A DNA stretch of 64,000 nt from the human T2T-CHM13v2.0 reference genome, Homo sapiens. The notes under the pieces are model-generated. The model did no database searches. It was not told the DNA's origin and worked only from the letters and a program-made list of their open reading frames with translations. The translations under genes and the position numbers were made by a program. Below are positions 31,084 through 45,640 of this stretch, piece by piece (position 1 is the first letter of the stretch; each line of letters starts with the position of its first letter). The stretch lies in the NCBI RefSeq assembly GCF_009914755.1, contig NC_060942.1; one strand, 5' to 3'.

Positions 31084-31393
31084 ATATGGAAATGGATTAC
31101 AGGGAAGTCTTTATATTCAGCTGGTTGCCTCTCTCAGAAACCAGACAGGTTTGAATGGAAGGGGAAACATTGTGGAGAACATTTTGTCTCCTCTAGTTGT
31201 TTGGTCTCTTTGAACAAAACGATGTTTGCAACCTGCTCTCCCATCCTTGAAATGGATTACAGTTCATCTCAGTCAGTGAAACTGATCAGAGTAGAGTAAG
31301 TACATATATTTACTGAGGTAACAAAATAAAGGCTAGTCTTCTCTTTCTATCCTTCCACCTGGCATTTAGACAGTGCTTTCTTTTGCTGGAACT

Positions 31394-31886
31394 TGTGGGA
31401 GACCAGAATATGCCACCCCAACTATGCCTTTTTGGGATATAGATTATTTTGAGCTGATTATTTTGAGAAACAGCAGACTTAAGAGAAGCTCTGAAAACAG
31501 CATAAATAACACTTTGTAAAATAAGTTTACATTTATAAAATAAATCTTCTTTTGTCATAGTGTCTTTCTCTCTACCAGAAAGATAAGAATGACTATAATT
31601 CGCAAGAGGCTTATCGATGGAAAAAGCAGCAACTTAAGTGTGCCTAACCAAACTTACTCTTGTGTGCCTTACTTTTCCTGGTCACCTGCCCTTAACTGGC
31701 CTCCCCACACCCTTTCTCTTTGCTTTTAGTTGAAGATTATATATATATATATATATATGATATATGAGATATATATGATATAATGTAAACAAGCTTCTCT
31801 TTTTTTTCTCCTGTTAATATGTCTTTTTGTTATACCTGCCCTAGCTGAGAACCTAGAAAGGAAGAAGATATTTTTTTTTCTCTACA
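31394..31886 (+). mobile_element. MER34A-like ERV1 LTR
   Basis: tgtgggagaccagaatatgccacc..; TSD aact; internal TA tract. Confidence 0.85.
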
Positions 31887-33498
31887 AACTTTAAATCACC
31901 TATAAACGAAAACAATAACAAAAAAGTCTTAATCAGCTATTATAAAAATGATTTTCCTAAACTAAAATACTTACCCAAATATTGAAACTGGATTTCTCAT
32001 ATAAAAATCTATGAATATTTAACAGAAACCCTCAGCTCTTATGTATTCACGTATATTTCCATATACAATGTTGTTGGCTAGGTTCTGCTATACTGAAAAG
32101 AAAAATACCTAATTAGCAGTCATCTAAATTGAAGAAAAAATGTAAAAAGAAATATAAATAATTCTACGATTGTATTTCCTTTAAGGAACAAATTGAAAGA
32201 GCTTTTAAAATAGTAAATTAAGTTATAAATATGCTGCTCTAAAATACTTCCTTGTGGCTTAACTTAGCACTGCAGGAAGGCAAAGTATATTCACCTGCAT
32301 TTTGAGTGTTGTATTTTATAGTGTGTTTGCTTTTTCTTATTTTGGGCAATCTTTTGGTGCCCCTATGAAATCTTGAATATCCAAGGCACTGGGAATATAT
32401 CAGATTAACACTCAAACACAGGGATACAAAAGAAGCACGATCAATAAAAGCTTCCTAATAACCAACATATGAAAGGTACTGAGATCTATTTAATGAATAA
32501 TATGAATGTAAAAACCAGTGTTCCTTCTTCTTGACTGATTTCATATTTGTGTTTCCTCCATAGTCCTTCCATTGACTTGTCCTTAGATTTTTCACGATGC
32601 TGAGAAATACCTTTGTGACTAGACCTCAGCTTAATTATGTCTCAACCTTCTGTCCTCCCGTGGGTCTACATTCTTCTCTAGCCCTCCCTCTACCCTAAGT
32701 TACTTCTTCTCTTTTCAGAGATTTTAAAATGGTACAAAAAACTAAACAGATTGGAACACATTGACAACCAGTCAAAAAACTTGGAACCCAAACTAAGAGG
32801 AATTATTGAATGATCTGGCAGAACGGATAAAGGAAAAAAAAACGTCTAATAGACTTTGCACTGTGTGTCTCACCAAAGCACCCATGCTGCAGGGTAATCA
32901 CTCTCCAGTTCAGGAAAGAGGTAAAATATTTCTGCCTGACAGTTCTTAACATACTTGAAGATCAATTTTAAGTCACTTTCAGTTTTAAACCATCGAACAC
33001 AGACAGAATTCCTATTTTGAAAGTGAGACAGGTAACATTTGAGCATAACAGAGTGAATGATAATGTTGGTAGTGCTGGTGGATTCTTCCACCACACCTTC
33101 TCCATTACTCCTACCTAGTATGCTTTCTGGACTTTTATAATATTGAGAATAATTCATGGCAGAAAGTCTTAAACTCCATAATAGTTACCAATAAGAAGCG
33201 GAAAGTTAATAAACATTGTACTTGAGTAGAATCAAGGAAAGCAGGCCATCAGAGGCAGTGCCTCACAGCTCAGACAAGGACTGCCAGGACTCATGGGAAT
33301 GGATGGTTGGGAATGTGAGTCCAGTTCTTTCCATAGTGACTGCTGCTAGAAAGTGCCAACTCCAAGTGACCCAGTCTTTTCCAGTAACTCACATCACTAA
33401 AACAATATCCATTCATTAAGATTTATTTAAAATGAATCGTGAGCTAATATAAAACTTATTGAATCTGTACTTTGTTGTAGTTTTTTTTTTTTTAACCT

Positions 33499-33964
33499 TG
33501 TGAACCCAAAATATCCGAGATAAGTCTCAATCAATTTAGAAAGTTTATTTTGTCAAGGTTAAGGACATGCCCGCGACAAGCCTCAGGAGGTTCTGATGAT
33601 ATGTGCCCAAGTTTGGCAGGGTACAGCTTGCTTTTGTACATTTTAGGGAGACATAATATATCAATCAATACATGTAAGATTTACATATTTACACTGGGTT
33701 GATCTAGAAGGGTAGGACAACTCAAAGGATGAGGGAAGCCTTCCAGGAGTAACAGCCTTCATAGAGAGTAGATTGTAAATGTTTCTCATTAGACTTTAGG
33801 TCTATATTGATGTTAACACTGGAGGAGTGCAATGAGGCATGTTCGACCCTGTCTTCTATCATGGCCCAAACCAGTTTTTCAGGTTTACTCTGGAATTCCC
33901 TTGGCTGAGAGAAGGGGTTTATTTAGATGGTAGGGGCCCCTTAGAATTTTATCTTTGGTTTACA
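33499..33964 (-). mobile_element. MER4-family ERV1 LTR
   Basis: gtctcaatcaatttagaaagtttattttg..ttagaattttatctttggtttaca; TSD acct. Confidence 0.88.
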
Positions 33965-33997
33965 ACCTCTTTAAAATTTTACTGAGGGTGTGTATAG

Positions 33998-34501
33998 TAT
34001 TGGGACTCAGAAACCGGTACCTCAAAATATGGTACTTTGTCTTATTGACACAAAGAAGCCTCAAAGTCTCTTCCTTTCTCACTCTTACTCACAGTTTCTC
34101 CCAATGCACATGGTAAAGTTGAAGCTCCTTTATCTGCCTATTCACACCTACCAAAAGGAACAATTGTTTTTTCTTTCCCTACCTGTAATACCAAGAATAT
34201 AACCACACCTGAACAGATTCTTTCACAAGATAATATACTAGTTAATCTCTCCTGATGCGTTTATTCCCCCTAGTAATCCCCTTAATAGAATTCCCCTTCT
34301 TTCCCCTCCCATAACCTGTTTTGCCAAAATGGAATATAAGCTTCTAAACACCTTCGGGGGCAGGGATGGTCAGTCTGTGGTTCTCCTTGTGTACACATTA
34401 ATAAATTTTTATGCTTTTTCTTGTATTAATCTGCCTTTTGTGAGTAAATTTTTAAACAAACCTTCAGAAGGCAAAAGGGAAGTTTTCCCTTAGCCCCTAT
34501 A
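33998..34501 (+). mobile_element. MER39-like ERV1 LTR
   Basis: gggactcagaaaccggtacctcaaaatatgg..aataaa..aaccttcagaaggcaaaaggg; TSD atag/atgg. Confidence 0.75.
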
Positions 34502-36039
34502 ATGGTTACATTTTGATATCTTCACATTGTCCTCTTATCATAATGAGTGTTAACTTCTAGACTTTCAATCTTCTATGACCACCTATAATCCAAATCATAG
34601 GATTGTATTTTTAAAAAGAACCAGTAATTGTGTTTTTGAACAATGAGACAATAGGCTTTAAGAACTCAATTTTAAAAGTTGAAAACACCAAGTGTAAAGT
34701 GGTATTATTGTGCAGGCATTCTTAAACACCAGAGTAGTCTTCCAATAGCAAAATTTTCCGTTACTGAACTTTCTGAATGTTGAGATTATTCAACTAGAGA
34801 AATATTTGTCATATGGAATTAAACCCTTATAAACCAACCCAAGTTAATACAAAGTTTTAAGGGCATAGGGGAAATTTTGCACATGCAAAAGCAGTAAATG
34901 AAAGATAGCTGGACCACATAAGCAATGAAACTAGAAAAATTAAACGTAGGAGTATTTAAGCAGGAAAAAGTATCTTTTACTTTGATCTTTGCTGAACAGC
35001 TTCCTCCCACCCAAAACCATAGAAAGCTTTTGCTTAAATAACCACTTTTGTTGCTATTATTTCATTATAATTTGTGCTTTGTACAATAGAGGAAACTATC
35101 TGTAGAAATATTAGGAACCATCTGTCAATATTGGATACCAAAATGCTAACGTGGCAGGAAAGGAGCCTTCATGAGCACAAAGATGATAGAAGTGTTGTCT
35201 AACTGTTAATGCCCCAGGACCAAACTAGACCCCCAAAAGATGATTGGGGCAGTGATCAGGCAAACCCAAGAAAGTCAGGTCTATTTGGAAATGTTACCAT
35301 TCACCTCTAATAGTCTTCTGTGATTCAAATGCTTCATGCAGCTAGAGTGGTCTGCATCCCTTCCCAACTCGTGGGGTTATGCCCACATGTCTCTTCCTTT
35401 CTTTTTCCTTTCTGCTTCCTTGTCCTTTATTTTTTCAGGCTTCGGGGAAGTGGTAGAAAATGTAGAAAGAACAAACATTATACGAGTATTATGACCTCTG
35501 ATCCTTAGTTTTCAATTTATTCTGCTCTAGCATTTAGATTAAACTTTCTGCTACACTAAGCAATGATCTTAAATACATATTGAATATGATAAAATTCTAA
35601 GATATCAGGAACCCAGGCTACTCCCCAGCCTTTAATCGGGCTGTTTGGAATTCTACTGCATGGCTGTGCTATTGCCTGCCTACCTCTGAAGTCCATCTTT
35701 TTCTATTTATTTATGGCTTCTCTGTCACCCCATAAGCTTCCCCTGGTTTTAGTCCAAATTGGTACCTTTTTTACTATCTGTAATTCTAGCATTATGCAAA
35801 CTTTCTGTTTGAGCCTGGACTATCATATGATAATAGTCTATTACTTCACTTTCTCAAGGTAAAATCTGAATGGTACTTTCTGGGTATCTTTGTTCAGTTG
35901 GCTGTGACCTAAATGTGTCTTTGAGTGGTAGACATGGGGATGGAGACAGTTAAGTAGTCTTCACTCACTTAGTTGGAATTATGGGCGAAATCAAATTAGT
36001 TGAGACATTTTTAGTCATGAAAGTAACTCCACTGTCTAT

Positions 36040-36360
36040 CATAAGGGTCCTCTAAATCCACGTTCCCTTCACCCTACTACATATTTGCCAAGTGGTCATC
36101 TAGCCTCTATTTGAACACTTCCATGATGGGAAGTTCATTATCTTTAAAGTAGCCTATTGCACTTGAGAATATTACAAATTATTCAAAACTTCAGTTAAGC
36201 TGAAATCTACTTACTTGTAAATTTGATCTATATATCCTACTTATGCCCTCTGGGGCAGTAAAATCTCATTATATCTTAAAATGACAGGATTTCACATATT
36301 TGAAAAAGTTATATTTCCCCTAAGCCTTTCCTCTCTAAACTAAATATTCTAATCATTGTT
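36040..36360 (-). mobile_element. L3/CR1 fragment
   Basis: ggtcatctagcctctatttgaacacttccatgatgggaagttcatta. Confidence 0.55.
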
Positions 36361-36674
36361 CTTTTAGACAAAAGAAAAAAATACAGGTGGATCTACATTT
36401 CATATACTAGAGATATTGAGGGAAAATCATGTATAATTCAATTTTTTTCATAAGTACAAAGAGTTACAGTGTGTAGCACAGAGTCTCAGTGCATTTGATG
36501 GCAGAGGACCTGAGAGCAAATCCTAGAACAGTCATGTAAAAGCATGCCATTTGAATGTTTTGATCCATTTTAGAATTGAGGAAGTAGAGACACAGCATGG
36601 TTAAATAACTTGTTCAAGGACACTAAGTACTAAGACAAAGTCCAGGCTCCTTAACATGTCCAAAAGGGCTTTCT

Positions 36675-36720
36675 GTGTGTTTGTTTTTTGAGACAGGGTC
36701 TCACTTTTCCACCCAGGCTG
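36675..36720 (-). mobile_element. Very short Alu 3' fragment
   Basis: ttttttgagacagggtctcacttttccacccaggctg. Confidence 0.75.
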
Positions 36721-36779
36721 TAATCACAGCAACAATGTATTTCTCTGAGATCTTATAATACACAGTGTTGTTTCCTGTT

Positions 36780-37115
36780 GCTGAGTCATCACACATGATG
36801 TTTCCTTTTTGTGGAATATTTCTCCTCCAAATCCTCACTTGAATAACTTCTACTCATACCTCAGGTCCCCATATCATCTCTATCAGAGTGTCTTCTTTGA
36901 GTGTCTAACCAAGGTAGTTTCCTCTTGTATGTTCTTTCATTGCATCCCATAGTTTCCTTATTGAATCACATATCCATCTCTTACTTGTTTATGTTACCAT
37001 GGTACTGGATTAGTTTTATTGGATATAACTTTTCTGTTGTCTCCACTATACTTAAACTCTCAGGGCTAGTCTTTTTCTTCTTTGTACACCAAGAACACGG
37101 TGTTTAACATAACTG
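36780..37115 (+). mobile_element. L2 3' fragment
   Basis: aacttctactcatacctcagg..gtctccactatacttaaactctcaggg. Confidence 0.5.
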
Positions 37116-38416
37116 AAAAACCATATATCACGTGCATATGTGTGTGCGTGTCTCTGTTAGACAGGGCTTTGATTCCTAAAGACAATTACATGTGCAATTA
37201 GTCCACATTGCAAGATAAATGTGACAGTTATAATATAATAAATAAGCTTAGGTATATTATGTCAACAAGTGCTTTAGATAATAGGGAAGTGTACGTTTGT
37301 GAAAAGTGAAAATAGTACTTCATTTGTTCTAGATTGCTTAATATTTAGCCTTACTTCTCTTTGTGAAATTTGAGCATATACTGACCAGTCATCTTTACAG
37401 TAATATTTCCAGAGCACAGGATGAATGGCTCATAGGTCCTACTTTAATTACGACTGTTACCTTTATGGCCCTGAGCTATCTGTCCTCCAGCTGAAATGTA
37501 AACGTAACTGAGTAGTGCTCTTTTCATGTGTGCCCCTGCTTTACTGTCCTCTAGTGAAGGTCTAGTCATACAGGAAGCACCTCTCTTTATTAAATTGCCA
37601 AAGGTAGTATTAAAGAGTTCATGAGGTATTTTAATTTCTCATTTCTGAACATTCTACCTAAGGGAGAGAGAATGAGTATAAGAGTTTCCCTCCAGGCACC
37701 TTCCCTAGAGGAATAAACTGCCAATACTTCTCCAAATTAAACATGACCCAATGTCTGAAGTGTTTGAATGCCATTTCCTGGAAACCTCCCTGGCTTCTAC
37801 TTGAAGATGATCATTCTTAGAAAGTTTTGTCACATTAGTAAGAGGAACAGATGACAAAATTACATGACTAATTTGGTTTTCTTGGAATGTAAAATTATAT
37901 CATAGTCTGCTAATATTTTTTTCTGAATAAGATGCAGACAGAGATTCATGAAATAATCTAGATAGAGCAAACAATACTGCCAGGCTAACTCTAGGAAAGT
38001 AAATTTGCATATCTGGGAAAGAGTGTGTATACAGATAATAGATAAGTCCATCTTAATAACTGACTCCTCAATGACTGGATCCACATTCCTAGCCAGCAAA
38101 TGCTACAGCTCAACAGCTTTATACTTTCTCAGAGCCCCAAAGGCACAGGCAGGGCAGGCCACGTAGGGTAGGCTATCTCACTGCCGTGATATTGTCTGCT
38201 CCAGCAGCTATTACTTCCTCCCTCAGCTGCCATGCCTTTGAGGTAACCTTAGCACTGATTCTCTGACTGCATCTGACCCTCCAACCAGGCACATCCATTT
38301 CCTCTGCTACCATCATCCTTGCCTTCTAACTCCTGGATAAGCCTTCTGTTTTGCCTTTTGGTCAATTTCACCTTGTTACTTGCTCCTTTGAGCTGTTAAC
38401 ATAGCGATATTGATCT

Positions 38417-39149
38417 TGTAATCACCTGATGGGTTCTTCCTGCCTACAGCACAGACAAAATCAATTCACTGAGACCACAGCATTGCAGTATAGAAAGAGT
38501 TTAGTTGAGGTGAGGCTGGCCCTTGTGAGAGAACTAGAGTTATCACTCAAATCAGCCTACCCAAAGGCTTGGAGGTTAGTTTTTATGGACAATTTGGTGG
38601 GAAGGAAGTTAGGGAATGGGTGCAGCTGATTGTTTGGGGATGATAATAGGGGTGTGGAAATAGTCCTCATGAGCTGGGTTTGCCTCTGGGTGGGGCCACA
38701 GAACCAGAGTCATGAGTCACAAGTACCAGTGGGGTTAGTCAGAAAAACATTTCAAAAACCTATCTTAGGTTCTACAATAGTGATGTTATCTACAGGAGCA
38801 ATTGTAGAAATCACAAATCTTGTGACCTCTGGCCGCATGACTCCTGAGCACTAAGGGATTATAAAACAGCACCTACATTTTAGTAGCGTTCAGGTCTCTC
38901 TCATAATCCTATTGCGGCCTTTCATTTGTCTTAGAAAGGCATTTTTCAGTCCCTGAGCAAGGAGGGGATTAGTTTTAAGGAGAGACTATTATCATCCTTG
39001 CTTTCAAATTAAACTATAAACTGAAATCCTCCCAAAGTTAGGTTGGCTTATACCCAGGAATGACCAAGGACAGGTTGGAGGTCAGAAACAAGATAAAGTC
39101 AACTATGTCAGGCTTATTTTCCTATCACAATTTTGAAAAGATTGTTTCA
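38417..39149 (-). mobile_element. LTR8A-like ERV1 solo LTR
   Basis: tgtaatcacctgatgggttc..ccaggaatgaccaaggacaggttggaggtcaga..gtttca; TSD atct. Confidence 0.88.
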
Positions 39150-40714
39150 ATCTCCTCTTAGCATCCACAGTGTTTTGGGGTATCAATTCTCTATTACTTT
39201 CTCCTAAAGAGCCAACACTACCTTTTTGCATATATGGCATTCACTTCTCATTTCCTCTGATGAGAAAACACCTCACCTTTCTTACACATTGCTTTGTTAC
39301 CAGCTTCACCTTTGTCAAGTCACTTTGTCAATTTATCTCTGTTTTTTTTTTTTCTCTTTCTCAATGTATTTTGGTGACCGGCATTGGCAAATACAACTCC
39401 AAAGTTCTATTGGGAACCACTTTAGGCTTCCCATACCTAAAACCTGTAGCTAAGTCTGGTCCACCAGGCTCTTATCACTTGCGTCTTTGGGTTTTTCTCT
39501 TGATCTGTTGTGTTGTTGTTTTTGTTGTTGTTCGCATTTTGTTTTCCCTTTCAAGGACAACTTAGCTTCTAGTGATTCTCTCTTGTCTCCCAAATATATC
39601 CACATCATGTCTGAAGAGTTACATATGTTCATTCCTAGGGTCTCTTGGGCCCCAAGGAAATCAGCAGATAGGATTTTTTCCCATGAAATTTTTAAAACAC
39701 ATTCATACATACACAACAGTTTGGACTTCATCTTTCCAAATACCTATGATAGCATATCTATCCTATCCTTGTATCCAGGAAAATTCTCTTTGAAGGAAAA
39801 ACTTAGAGGTAGAGAACAGACTTTATTCTTTCCAAGTCCCTTTATTCTTTGCTCTTCTTAACTATTTTCATCCTAAGCCTTCCTGGGACACTGTTAGATG
39901 TGAGAATTCCTACAGCTAGGAGTTGACGTTGTAATTCCCCCTGCCCCTGCTTTGCTCTTTATCAAATGATCACCTGCATCACACATTTATACCGACCACT
40001 GGATGAGTGGTTAAGGTTTATTGTGCATGAGAGGCTTCCAATTCTGCAGAAACCACACACTTGGCTCACATTTCTGTGGTTTGAGAGACTGGCATCCCCT
40101 CCAATCAGCAACTTCTGAATTTCCCTTTTGTGCTGCATCCCAGGACCTGAATACTGGAATTCTTTGTGGCTTTCAGTAAATGAAAAGAAAATAATAGTAC
40201 AAATAGGGAAATAAGAGTCTGAAGCCACCACAAGCTCATCCCATTTCTCCTGGCATATATCTGTTATAAAAATTATAATTCTAATTGAAAATAATAAATA
40301 ATAAATATTTTAATAAGTAAAAGTGAATGATTGTTACTTTGTTTTTGAACAAAGTCATAACAACAATTTAAGCCCACATGATTTGGAGGCAGAAAATTCG
40401 GTGGAAAATAAAGGTTTGAGATTTATATTTTAGGAATTGGGATTAATCCTGAGGAAGGAAAGAACCTTTTTTTTTCTGGGAAGCAGAGGAACTTAAAACT
40501 AACAAATTAAACCAACTTACTAGCTTATTTGGGGTTTAGTTTGTTAAATTAAGTTTAACAACTTAAACTTAATTTAGCTTAACAAACTTAAATTTAGTTT
40601 GTTAAATTAAGTTTAGCCTAAATCTGCCTTATATATTTTAAGTTTGGCCTAAAAGTTTCTCCATACATAATGAACTACAACCTAACCAGATATGTAATCA
40701 GACTGTAACCTCAC

Positions 40715-43344
<2,630 letters not shown>

Positions 43345-44094
43345 CATGTCTTCTACCAATCACAGAGTTTCAGTCAATCACAGGTGGCCAAAAATTCAAA
43401 CCATGTTCAAATGAGGTAAATACTGAATTGTAACAAATCCAGCTGTTTCTGTACCTCACATTTGTTTTCCGTATGTCCCTTTTTTTATTCCTGTCCACAA
43501 ATGTTATCCCACCATGTGGTATCTCCAAAGTCACTCTGAACCTACTCTGGGGGCTGCCCAATTAACGAATTGTTCTTTGCTCAATTAAATTGTTCTTTGC
43601 TCAAGTGTTCTTTGCCCAATTAGCTAATTGTTCTTTTGCTCAAATTTAATTTGTTTGAAGGTTTTTATTTTTTTAAACAGGCTTTAACTCGGTTAAAACA
43701 TATATATTCCCCAATATGTGACATTTCAAATCAAGTTTCTGTGTTCTTATTTCTTCCTTTTGTTAAATGTATCAATGGCATCTTATAATTTTAATTCTTT
43801 AATATAATGATAGCTTAATTTTATTTGATATTGACTTTTTGATATGTCCAAATTCCCTCCAGGTCTACAAACATGATCAGAAGTTATTAATTTGAGGAAT
43901 ACTGAACTTGTATTATAAGGAAAATATAACCTAGAACTCGAGATGTTAGGATCATCAATCTGGAATGCTCTGTTCTCACGTAGTATTATTATTTCAAAAT
44001 ATTATGATTCAAAACAGTAAGCAATATCTAACCTTGAAGTAAAAGGAATGTGACTATCATGTTAATGTGACATTAGATGTATATTTAAATAAAG

Positions 44095-44500
44095 AGCAGA
44101 ATGACATAGTTAGAACGGCCCAGTCACAGGAGTCTAGGGTCCAGGAGAGGAGAATCTCCTCATCAAAATACTCCATGACCCTCAGCAACCCATCTAACTA
44201 TTCTAGACCTCAGTTCCCTTTTATGATAAACAAAGGACTTCATATATTGATTTTTAAGGTTTCTTCCATGTCTAAAAGAATGTGATTCTATAGCTTTTTA
44301 GTATTTGTCAAAGAGATTTCACATTAATTTTTTGTATGACAAATGAGCTCACAATTTTCAAAAAGTTGGTGAGTATGACCTGTTAGCTCCAATTTTATAA
44401 ATAATACAATTCAAGCACAGTGAATAGTGTTGACTTATCTAAGTTACATAGCTAGTTTAAGAGTAGGACTGCATTTAAAATGAAGATTTCTGGGTTTTCC
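44095..44500. mobile_element. Two MIR fragments in opposite orientation
   Basis: agacctcagttcccttttatga (+) and ctccaattttata..aagttacatagctagt (-). Confidence 0.5.
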
Positions 44501-44914
44501 TGACATCATTGTGCAAATATAAGTTTAGACAGTGGGGTACTATTGGCAAATAATTTTTCTAACCATTGTTTTTTGTTTTTCATATGAAAAATCAAAGTCG
44601 TAATATCACTCTGGATATTTTACCATGTTAATACTAGATTCAAACGAGCTGATATATGGGAAATCATTTTGAAAGCTGTAAAACCTTGTTCAAATATATT
44701 AACCAGACTACACACTGATGCTGAAAGCAGCAACATAATTTTTAACTGAGTTGTTTTATTTGACTCTATACATTCATCTTCATAACTGGATAATTGGAAA
44801 TTCTTGCTCCTTTTTGTTTTTGGCTATGTAGAAAAAATAAGCAATATGTAAATGTTATATGCCTTATGTAAGGTTCGCTTGAAGTTTTTTGGTGAAGTCA
44901 AAACTTAGCTGCAT

Positions 44915-45640
44915 TAATTCATTTAGCATATATTTATTGAGCATCAGCTATCTGCCAGGAGCTGTTTGGGGAACTGAGAATACAGAATTAAATAACACAA
45001 GCAAGCTTCTTGTGTCATGAAATGTGTAATTTAATAAAGGAATCAACAAAAAAATAAACAATAATGAAGGAGGAAAAAAGTATAATTATTTAATTAAAAA
45101 ACTAGTAGTGTATTTAGGATACAATAAGCTAAGGTTTAAATCGCAGTAGAGACCAGATAGGTGAAGTTGGGGAAAGAAACACAGTCTAGGCAAAGGAAAC
45201 CAACATTGCGTACTATTTGAGAAAATAGTTTGTATGTTCTAAGAGAAAGTAGGTGGGATATGAACTGAGAAGTAACTATTGGATTAAGTCACATGGGTAT
45301 CACTGGTGATCTTGACAAGTGTAGCTCAGTAAAATTATTAGGAAAGATAATTACTAGGAAAATAATTAGGAAGCTAATTATTTTAATTATTAAAAATTAT
45401 CAGGAAAGATAATTTTTAGGAAAATAATTATTTTAATTATTAAATATTATTAGGAAAGAATAATAATATAAATAATTATTTTAATTATTAAAGATTATTA
45501 GGAAAGACAATTATTAGGAAAATAATTAGGACACGTGTAGCTCAGTAAAATTGTTAGGAAAGATAATCTCTCTTTGAGAGATTTGAGGAATGTGCATGAG
45601 ATGAAAAAATGGAGATTGTGAATATAAACATTTTATTTAA
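44915..45640 (-). mobile_element. L2 fragment containing an AT-rich insertion
   Basis: attcatttagcatatatttattgagcatcagctatctgccagg; cactggtgatcttgacaag. Confidence 0.65.
45314..45567. repeat. 38-bp direct repeats flanking a mosaic AT-rich repeat
   Basis: gacaagtgtagctcagtaaaattattaggaaagataat vs gacacgtgtagctcagtaaaattgttaggaaagataat. Confidence 0.9.
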
